Source: Trichomonas gallinae
Taxonomy: Eukaryota
Direction of reading: 5' to 3'
DNA length: 38,805 bases
NCBI GenBank assembly: GCA_008369845.1
Contig: MRSU01000496.1
Coordinates: forward strand, 1 to 38,805
Below, one piece after another: positions 10,526 through 19,137 of the stretch; the stretch's first letter is position 1, and every line of letters begins with the position of its first letter. The notes under the pieces were generated by a model that worked only from the letters and a program-made list of their open reading frames with translations, had not been told where the DNA came from and ran no database searches. The position numbers and the translations under genes are program-made.

Positions 10526-10620
10526 ACAAAAAAACTGACATAAATTTTGGCGAAATCAATTTTTGAGGCGAAAATAATCGTTAGTGCATCACTAAAAATT
10601 TTTTTTTTCGTAGGCAGGTA

Positions 10621-13600
10621 ATGGATTCGTTGTTAGACGGTCTTCCATTACCTGACATGTACTCAAACCTGATAGAAATATCGAAGTCTATATGGGGCAT
10701 ATTCATAGAGCGCCTCAGGGGCCTTCAGCCCGATGAATTGAATCAGTGGGTACAAGATTCATACGCATACCTAACAAATCTATCACAAAAACGAAATTCG
10801 GAGAGCTACAGGAGGCTGTGTATTGGAATGCTTTCGCTATATCACTTTTTTCTAACAGATTTAACTCCTCTCGAGCCATTAATCGCGTCTTTATACTCAA
10901 CAAACGAGGTAATTTCGATGCAATTAGCTGCTTACTGCATTGCGAGTATCGCATCTGAACTTCCGCCAACAAACGATAATTTCGCCCGAAAACATATCGA
11001 AATTGCACTTGCAAAAATAAAATTAGAGCGAAATAACTACCAAGACAACCTTTTTGGGCTGTTTCTATTACGCGAATTGGGCGAAATGATTCCTTTGCCT
11101 TTTTTGATTCATTCTCCGAACGTTCACGAACAGATTTGGCCATTTTTAATCAACACATCGTTCGAAATACGCATGGCTGCAAGCCAAGTTTTAGAAAGAT
11201 ACCTAACAATTCTCGTTAAATACCAAGGATATCGATTAAAAGAATTATTCGACGCTATTTTCACAAACGCATTAATGACACTACATAAAAATCCAGAGAA
11301 CTGCCCTCAGGGCACACTTACTGTTCTTCTTTTAATACTTCGACAAAAAGGTGAATTTTATGAACAGAAAGCTAATATAATATTCGATATTGTGTTTCCT
11401 TTCGCGCAAGGAAAAGAGCCAAGGGAGCCAGCAATATTAGTTTTGGGTGAATTGGCAGCGATAAATCCTCAAATTTTTCAAGATGATCAAAAATTCGGTT
11501 TACTACTTGAAATTATTAAAAGTCATAAAGAATCGACATATTTAAACTGTTTAGAAGCATTAACACTGTTAATTAACAATGTTCCAGATAAATTCAAAAA
11601 TCTCGTGCAAAAAGTATTTTTAATACTTCGAGGAACACTACATTATGACCGTGAAACTATTGTTGCTCCATTGATGAAAGTTTTACTCGCTTTAGCAAAG
11701 AAAACAAAAATGCTCCAAAATCCTCAGTTCGATCTATGGGAAATTCTCAAAAATTTCATTTTTACTAAGTCTTTTCTGCAGTATTTTCCAGTGTTTTTGG
11801 AAACAATTCCAAATTTTTGGGTGGATTATTCTTTTCGCATTGTTGATTCAACAGTTGAGTTATTTCAGAGCCAGAGGAAAGTTCTACATGCGAAATACAA
11901 TGCTTTTAATCTCATCTGCTTGTTTCCAACTGTTTTGTCAAGTCATCAAAAATTACTCATCAGTTCTTTACGCGATTATTTGCTTTCTAAATCAGAAGAA
12001 GACCTTTTGCTTGCTCCAAAGGCTTTGCTCCACATATTATTGGAAGCAGATAGCACAGAATTATACCAAATTTTGCATCAAGTCATAGATATTGCGACTG
12101 GTCATGATTCTGAGAACGTTAGAGTATCATGTCTCAATGCATTCAGAGAGAATCAATACCAGCTACTAGCAAATCCAGTTTTCTTAGATTTTTTTTCAAA
12201 TTTATCTCATGATGATTCTCCGCGAGTCAGATCTGCGTGTTTCCGCATCCTAAAAAAGCTGCGGGAGTTCGATCCATTCGGAGTAGACCTAATCCTCAGG
12301 AAATCTATGCTGGAAACTCTTTATTCGCTCCAATGCTCAACGAATTTAATACAACAAGAGAAAAACGCGAAAGTTTTGCCGAACTTAATTTCAGCATCAC
12401 CAATGTTAATGCACATATTCTCGAGCACATATATACCTATCATCCTCGACCTCTTGACACAGAGATTCGCATATCACAACAGCGAATACAACAACCCTTT
12501 GTTTCCCGAAGTAAGAACGCTTTTAGCATTGAGTCTCGTCCAGTCACTACACGAAGTCATTACAAATAATTTTTCAGTCGTCAAAAGGTTTTTAAAGAGA
12601 ATTCTAGAAGTTTTGACAGCTATATTAGGCGAGTGGGGAGACAAGAGCTTGAAGCACCAAGTCCTTCAGACATTGTTGATTTTGTTTACGAAAGATGAAC
12701 CAAGAAATTTGCTGGATATTTATCCTAAACTTCTTCCAAACGTCTTCCACTTGATTGCTACATGCAATTCTAGAGGTCTGAGAGTGAGAAGTCTTAAATT
12801 CCTAGGCTTGTGCGGTGCAGTGTCTCCACGGTTGATGAAAGTCGAAACGATTCAAGCTAACAACAACGAAAATCATCTACCAGATTTGTTTTTGGTGGGA
12901 AAATCAATTTCTTTCAACGATTATTTCGTAGAATTCGTGTGGAACCAATTATTCATGATATTAAACGACAAATCCTTATCGACACTGAGAATGAAAGTCT
13001 TGTCTGCTGCGACAGTGGCATTGGATGTTTCATCATCGAAATCAGCCGAGTTTCTCGTTCATCTTGTTCCGATGGTTGACTACGAAATACAAAACTCAAA
13101 CGATGACCAAGCGAACGAAGCTTTGCTGTTATTACAGCACTTGATATTTGTTGCTGGGCAGAGGATTATGCCGTTCGTTGATGAGTTAATGGTGACAATT
13201 CACAAAGTTTGGAGGATAAATTTAGTTCCGAACATTTTGTTGGTTATTGCTTCACTCGTTGAAATTTTGCGCTCGGATTTCACACCATATGCAACTCCTT
13301 TAGTCACTAATCTAATGGATATAATTTCTTCGTCTGTTTTATCAATACAAAGCGTCTCTGTTCGCTGCATTCCTCTCCTTGCCACTATTTGCGCCAGTTT
13401 TCCTCATCTTTCTCAAGCTTTGGCTCCTCGAATCTGCGAAATTGTTAAATCAGAATCTACACCAACAGACGTCAAAGTTGTTTATTTGGATTCTTTGAGA
13501 TATTTAGTCCAGAACTCTGATATAAGGAACAACGCTGCAATGATATTAAGAACAGCACTGAATTTTTGCACCAAGAAAGAACAGAATTTGATCGAAATCG

Positions 13601-16600
13601 GTTTCCAAGTTTTGTACTCGCTTATATTAAAACTTGGCGGCAAGTTCAATCTTTACACGCACAGAACTGTTGATAGACTCATAAACAACGGCAACGTGCC
13701 GAAAGAATTCGCGATATTAAACGGAGCAATAATGAGTGGAAACAATGTCAAATTTTCTGATTTCAGTTTCATCAAGACAGAACCTTTGTTGCATTATTTG
13801 ACACAGTTCCCTTCTACTGTTACCAACAACCAGAAGAATATATTAGAGCATTTCGATCACACAATAATGACGACACCGAAGCATTATCAGAACTGGCTGG
13901 CGGGCTTCATACAAGTTTGCATACAAGAATCTCCTTCGATCTCCATCAACGCATGTAGTTCTCTTGCAATGACACATATACCTTTAGCTGCATCGCTTTT
14001 CTTCCCAGCTTTTCTGAGTTGTTGGATATCCATGGGATCAGACATGCAAGCAGCAATTTCCCTAAAACTATCAATGCTTTTAATGAAGCAAGGACTTCCT
14101 CCTGATGTGACTCAAACACTTGCTCAATTATGCGAATACATGGACAGAGCAGAGAGGCCGATTTTAATATCAGAATCCACTCTGACGACATTTTATTCAA
14201 ACGCTCATTGTTTGGCTTTAGCACTACATAACGAGCAAGAGAGAATATTCAAAGAATTCGGAGGAGTAGCAATTGGAATGATGGACAATGTTGTGCAGTT
14301 ATATACACAGCTGGGCCGCCCTGACTCAGCGAAAGCTTTGTTGAGATCAACTAAGGAAGATCACTCTTGGTTGATTAAGCTAGAACAGTGGGCGAGCGCC
14401 TACGACTACTATGGAACGAGATTAAGTGTTGATGACAAAGATGAAGAAGCATTTAAAGGATTCATAACAAGCGCATGCAAGCTTAGAAGATATCAGATAA
14501 TCAGAGACAAAGAAAAAGAATACAGGAAGTTCCATATATCATTTAGGTCATCAATTGCTGAATTTTTCGCTGAAGCATCACTTTTTTCAAATGATTTTGA
14601 CAAAGTTTTGCTTTTCACCAAAGAATGCAGTTCAGACAATGTTGTTGGAAGAATATTGAGAGCTATTGCATTATTTATGCTCCACAAACCTCAAGAAACG
14701 CAGAATGTCATTGACGATGCTTTTTCACTTATTTCAGCTCAATCATCGGCACTTTTTGGTAGACGATATGAAACAGTTTATCCGACCCTCCTCAATTGTC
14801 AAGTTTTGTACGAACTGCAGGACTTGATAAATACAGGAGACAGATATCTACAAGATATCGCTAAAAGAAAACAATGGTCAGACAGATTAAAATCTGTTGA
14901 TTACACAAGCGCTGCATGGTGGTATTTAATCCTCGTTCGCCGTGCAGCAAATTCGAATGATTTCGACTCATTCACAAAATTCATAGATTTGGTTCTCCAT
15001 GAAAGAAAATTCGATGTTTTCGAAGAAACATTCAAAGTTTTGTTCCCGAATTATAATGAAATGTCATCTCCTCCTTTAGTCACACTATTGAAGTGTAAAT
15101 ACGACTGGGCGTTGGGCAACTTTAGATCAGCTTTAGAAGTTGTTTTCAGACTGACAATGCAGACACTCAAAGCCAGCCACAACGATTTCCCTTTCATTCT
15201 CTCGCATTACGTTGATTGGACACTAGCTTATCACGAAAGAAGCAGAGAGAGCTTGATAGACATGACTAAGAAACTCGGAAGTTTGCTTGGTAAATATGCT
15301 GACAACCAGTTCGTTTGGCAGAAATGGGCCATAGTTAATTATCACAATTTCGCGTTAAATCCTAAAAATTACGATTTTGCTTTCGAAGCTATTAAAGGTT
15401 ACGTTAACTGTCTCACGAAATCTAACTCTAACTCGATTGCTGGAAATTTTGCAGAAGTTATACAGCTATTGAGTTTATTCTTTGCCACAGCTGACAATCC
15501 GAAGATTTTTCAGCAAACTAGTCAATTAATTTCAAGAATTGCCAAGACTTATTTCATTGAGTGTCTCCCACAGCTTATCGCTCAACTCTCCCATCCTATA
15601 AATAGCGCCGTAGACTTTGTTGTCGAAATTCTTAAAAACATCGCGAAAACTAACTATCAGCCTTTATTATTCCCTTTGTTGGTGCTTGCTAACAGCTCGG
15701 ATAAAAAGAGATCAGTCGCAGCAAATGCCGTATTAGGAGAAATAGCGAAAGAGCACCCGAAGTTAATGGACCAAGGCCAGAAAATGCAAACAGGTCTTCT
15801 TAAAGTCGCCATTTCTATCTTCGAGAAGTTCACGACATTAGTTTACAAGTATTTCGATTCCAAGAGTCTTGGAAACATGGATCTTTGCCAATCGATTCTC
15901 CATGAAATACAGGTTCTAGTCAACAGCCCACAGAGCCAGTTCGACAGCTTGTTCAAGCACCAAAATTTCCAGCTGATCAACGACCTGATGCGGACAAATG
16001 ATGACCCCGACGAAATTCTGACATGCATCATGTATAATAACGAAACATTCCTCGACAGACTGAATGACGTCGCGATTTCTGACATCAGCAGCGAACTAGA
16101 ATCGTTATGCGATACAGAAGTTGCTGTTCCTGGTTCTCCTGATGTTAGGATCCACCACTTCTCGCCGAAACTCTCAGTCATGGGCAGCAAGAAGAGGCCG
16201 AGAAGAGTGACAATCTGCGGCATCAATGGCCACGAATTCAAATTCTTGTTGAAAGGCAATGAAGATTTGAGACTCGACCAGAGAGTTATGCAGTTCTTTA
16301 GACTGATAAACACGCAGATAAGGAGGGATATTTCACTTTCTATAGATAATATCGCAGTCAGATGCTATTCTATTGTTCCTTTATCGACAGAAGTTGGCCT
16401 GATTCAGTGGGTTGAAGGCTGTGATACGTTTTACAATTTAGTTGCTGATTTTAGGATAAACCATGGAATGAGTCCAAACGCTGAGCAATCAATACTCACT
16501 AGTCTAACTATAGATGACATCAACAAACTTACACCGATGCAACGCCTTGAAATACACAGCGAAGTAAAAACACAGTTCGATGGCGGTGACATAAGAAAAG

Positions 16601-17160
16601 TTTTCTGGCTGAAATCTCCATCATCAGAAGCATGGCTTGAGCGAACATCAAAGTACGCAAGATCCACAGCTCTCATGTCTATATTAGGATATGTTTTGGG
16701 ACTGGGAGACAGACACCCTTCGAACTTTATGATCGACAGAAACAGCGGTGATGTCGTTCACATTGATTTCGGTGATTCTTTCGAAGTCGCCCGCAACAGG
16801 GTTTTGTTCCCAGAGATGATTCCATTCAGACTGACTAGGATGGTCTCGCAGGCATTCGGAGCTTGCGGAATCGATGGAGAGTTCTTCCACGTTTCGTTAC
16901 GAGTTATGATGCTTATCAGAGAAAACTGCAACTCTTTAGTTAGCGTTCTTGAAATTTTCGTCCAAGAACCAATTGCAGATGGTGAAGCTAAGCTGCAGGC
17001 GCCTGAAGTCATGAAGAGAATATGGAACAAAATCAGAGGCAGCGACTTCGAAGACAATGTTGTGCTTCCTGTAGAAAAACAAGTCAGAAGGTTGATCAGC
17101 GAAGCTCTCGATGACTACAATCTAGCAAAATTATACAGCGGATGGAAGCCCTTGTGGTAA
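10621..17160 (+). CDS. TOR: TOR-family PIKK serine/threonine kinase
   Basis: 2179 aa with HEAT repeats, FAT region (YMDRAE, LPQLIAQL), kinase motifs SKKRPRR, FLLKGNEDLRLDQRVMQ, GLGDRHPSN, HIDFGD, PFRLTR, and FATC ending YSGWKPLW. TCACT Inr at 10589. Confidence 0.95.
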   Translation: MDSLLDGLPLPDMYSNLIEISKSIWGIFIERLRGLQPDELNQWVQDSYAYLTNLSQKRNSESYRRLCIGMLSLYHFFLTDLTPLEPLIASLYSTNEVISMQLAAYCIASIASELPPTNDNFARKHIEIALAKIKLERNNYQDNLFGLFLLRELGEMIPLPFLIHSPNVHEQIWPFLINTSFEIRMAASQVLERYLTILVKYQGYRLKELFDAIFTNALMTLHKNPENCPQGTLTVLLLILRQKGEFYEQKANIIFDIVFPFAQGKEPREPAILVLGELAAINPQIFQDDQKFGLLLEIIKSHKESTYLNCLEALTLLINNVPDKFKNLVQKVFLILRGTLHYDRETIVAPLMKVLLALAKKTKMLQNPQFDLWEILKNFIFTKSFLQYFPVFLETIPNFWVDYSFRIVDSTVELFQSQRKVLHAKYNAFNLICLFPTVLSSHQKLLISSLRDYLLSKSEEDLLLAPKALLHILLEADSTELYQILHQVIDIATGHDSENVRVSCLNAFRENQYQLLANPVFLDFFSNLSHDDSPRVRSACFRILKKLREFDPFGVDLILRKSMLETLYSLQCSTNLIQQEKNAKVLPNLISASPMLMHIFSSTYIPIILDLLTQRFAYHNSEYNNPLFPEVRTLLALSLVQSLHEVITNNFSVVKRFLKRILEVLTAILGEWGDKSLKHQVLQTLLILFTKDEPRNLLDIYPKLLPNVFHLIATCNSRGLRVRSLKFLGLCGAVSPRLMKVETIQANNNENHLPDLFLVGKSISFNDYFVEFVWNQLFMILNDKSLSTLRMKVLSAATVALDVSSSKSAEFLVHLVPMVDYEIQNSNDDQANEALLLLQHLIFVAGQRIMPFVDELMVTIHKVWRINLVPNILLVIASLVEILRSDFTPYATPLVTNLMDIISSSVLSIQSVSVRCIPLLATICASFPHLSQALAPRICEIVKSESTPTDVKVVYLDSLRYLVQNSDIRNNAAMILRTALNFCTKKEQNLIEIGFQVLYSLILKLGGKFNLYTHRTVDRLINNGNVPKEFAILNGAIMSGNNVKFSDFSFIKTEPLLHYLTQFPSTVTNNQKNILEHFDHTIMTTPKHYQNWLAGFIQVCIQESPSISINACSSLAMTHIPLAASLFFPAFLSCWISMGSDMQAAISLKLSMLLMKQGLPPDVTQTLAQLCEYMDRAERPILISESTLTTFYSNAHCLALALHNEQERIFKEFGGVAIGMMDNVVQLYTQLGRPDSAKALLRSTKEDHSWLIKLEQWASAYDYYGTRLSVDDKDEEAFKGFITSACKLRRYQIIRDKEKEYRKFHISFRSSIAEFFAEASLFSNDFDKVLLFTKECSSDNVVGRILRAIALFMLHKPQETQNVIDDAFSLISAQSSALFGRRYETVYPTLLNCQVLYELQDLINTGDRYLQDIAKRKQWSDRLKSVDYTSAAWWYLILVRRAANSNDFDSFTKFIDLVLHERKFDVFEETFKVLFPNYNEMSSPPLVTLLKCKYDWALGNFRSALEVVFRLTMQTLKASHNDFPFILSHYVDWTLAYHERSRESLIDMTKKLGSLLGKYADNQFVWQKWAIVNYHNFALNPKNYDFAFEAIKGYVNCLTKSNSNSIAGNFAEVIQLLSLFFATADNPKIFQQTSQLISRIAKTYFIECLPQLIAQLSHPINSAVDFVVEILKNIAKTNYQPLLFPLLVLANSSDKKRSVAANAVLGEIAKEHPKLMDQGQKMQTGLLKVAISIFEKFTTLVYKYFDSKSLGNMDLCQSILHEIQVLVNSPQSQFDSLFKHQNFQLINDLMRTNDDPDEILTCIMYNNETFLDRLNDVAISDISSELESLCDTEVAVPGSPDVRIHHFSPKLSVMGSKKRPRRVTICGINGHEFKFLLKGNEDLRLDQRVMQFFRLINTQIRRDISLSIDNIAVRCYSIVPLSTEVGLIQWVEGCDTFYNLVADFRINHGMSPNAEQSILTSLTIDDINKLTPMQRLEIHSEVKTQFDGGDIRKVFWLKSPSSEAWLERTSKYARSTALMSILGYVLGLGDRHPSNFMIDRNSGDVVHIDFGDSFEVARNRVLFPEMIPFRLTRMVSQAFGACGIDGEFFHVSLRVMMLIRENCNSLVSVLEIFVQEPIADGEAKLQAPEVMKRIWNKIRGSDFEDNVVLPVEKQVRRLISEALDDYNLAKLYSGWKPLW

Positions 17161-17268
17161 TAATATTAATAATTTTTGTTTGTAATTATAAATATACCGT
17201 AATTTTAAATTTTTTGTTTGATTTTAACACTTTCAATAGTTTCAGCCAGATAAACAATAATATTGCCT

Positions 17269-17291
17269 AAAAAAAAAAAAAAAAAAAAAAA
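17269..17291 (+). repeat. A23 homopolymer
   Basis: Run of 23 A about 110 nt downstream of the TOR stop. Confidence 0.9.
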
Positions 17292-17861
17292 CAAATAACA
17301 TTATTGAAACCATCTAATTTTGATTCTTAAAAATATAATTTTTCATTAATTAAAACTTCGATCATAAATGCTCTAATTACAGTAAGATATACAAAATTCT
17401 TATGAATTTCATGCTTTCAGTTGAATAATTTAAAACTCTTAATTTTCTCTTTGACAGTATATTCACAAATACAGACAATTTTATATTAACTTTAATATTT
17501 TTTGTTGTAATTTTTTTGGAATTATTATTTTTGTGTAAGTTGAATTATTATATTATATCAATTGCGATTTGTATTTCTATAGTATCTATATATCGGTAAA
17601 TTGGTTAGTTTCGTTGAATATTTTCGATTGGAATAATTTGATTGTCTTCTGATTGGAGTTTCATTCCGTAGATACTAGTGTATATGGGCTTCGGATGAAA
17701 ATAGTCGCAAAGAAAACTGAATAAAAACGTTATTGAAATTGGCCTTTTTGAAGCTCTAAACGGAAACAGCGCGCATTGTGATAATATGGTCCAATTTGCA
17801 CAAAAGTTTACTTTCAACCATTAAATAGTATTCAATACCAAAAAGGGAAAATTCGAAATTC

Positions 17862-18485
17862 TTAATAACGGCGGCGGTCATCATCGTAGTCACGGTCTCT
17901 CCTCCTGTTGTAGTCGCGGTCATCATCGTAGTCACGGTCTCTTCTTCTCTCGTAATCACGGTCATCATCGTAATCACGGCTTCTTCTTCTACGGCCGTAA
18001 TAGCGGTCATCATCATAATCACGGCTCCTGCTGTAACGACGGTCATCACGGCGATCACCACGGCGGCCGTAGTCATCGCGTCTGCCTCCACGGCGTTCAT
18101 CGCGTGGTGGTCTATCAGATCTGCCCTTGCAGAAGTCAACACTAATAGTACGACCTTCAAAATCCTTCCTGTTCATCTCGGCGATAGATTTCTTGGCTTC
18201 GTCCTCTGTAGCGTACTCAATGAATCCAAAACCCTTGGATCTGCCGGATTCTGACTTTTTAGGGATGCGGACTGAAAGAACATTTCCGAATTCGCTGAAC
18301 TTGGCCTTCAGCGAGTCTTCAGTTGTATCGAATGAAATGTTACCGATCCAAATTGTGATTGTTTCAGCCTTTGGTTGCTCAGCCTGACCTTCCTTTGGCT
18401 GCTCCTGTGGCTGCTCTGCTTGTTCTGGGTGCTCTTCGCCGCCGGATTGATGGTCGTACTCTTGGTTGCCTTCGTCGCCTGACAT
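17862..18485 (-). CDS. RRM protein with C-terminal Arg/Asp/Tyr repeats (Tra2/SR-like)
   Basis: RNP2 IWIGNI and RNP1 KGFGFIEY; tail of RDYDDD repeats. Start placed at the first true ATG (18485, MSGDEG), giving 207 aa. Confidence 0.9.
   Translation of the reverse strand: MSGDEGNQEYDHQSGGEEHPEQAEQPQEQPKEGQAEQPKAETITIWIGNISFDTTEDSLKAKFSEFGNVLSVRIPKKSESGRSKGFGFIEYATEDEAKKSIAEMNRKDFEGRTISVDFCKGRSDRPPRDERRGGRRDDYGRRGDRRDDRRYSRSRDYDDDRYYGRRRRSRDYDDDRDYERRRDRDYDDDRDYNRRRDRDYDDDRRRY
17876..18050 (-). repeat. Coding minisatellite of 42-45 bp encoding RRRDRDYDDDRDY
   Basis: GGTCATCATC recurs at 17876, 17918, 17960 and 18005. Confidence 0.85.
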
Positions 18486-19137
18486 CGAAAAAATAAAATT
18501 GGCCAAATTTTATTTTCGATTTTGACCAAAAAATATTCTATAAACCATATAAATACGCAAAAATAAACAAAAAATTTGAGCAAAATTTTTGTAAGAAAGT
18601 TTAATTCACTTTTTTATAAGACGTTAGATATAACCTTATATTAATTATTCCTTTCTTTTAACATTATTATATAACTTTTAGAATAATAATAAAAAATCGA
18701 TGACGCGAGACTTATTTTCACTTTTGTTCATCCGCGTGATTGAGTACCTTTGGCATATGATTTTGATCGAAATTTCGAATACAAAATCGTTTGCTTAAAT
18801 AAAATTGTCATGTAAGATTCTTTGTAATGCTTACATGTCAAAATTATCCAAAGATGATAAGAAGCTCGGACATTTATTCCTGTATTGTTTGCTATCTATT
18901 TTTCACATTAAATTTGAATATTTTAAGTGTTTATCCAAATTTTATAATTTATTCGTTATTTATAGCGCCAATCATATTATATATAATATATCTGAATGAC
19001 AAGTATTTTATATGTAAAACAAGAATAGTATAATTCCAAATAGTCAAAATTTATATTAAAATTATCAGCGATGTAAAATGGATTACATTCACTATTAGTT
19101 AGCAAGTGAGTGATGGGTTTTCAAGCCAAAATTTTTG

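Noticed and set aside
17269..17291. A23 tract as a retroposon tail
   Set aside because: No target-site duplication or element body is evident.
17756..18160. 134-aa MMMT-repeat ORF
   Set aside because: It is an alternate frame of the RD-repeat minisatellite.
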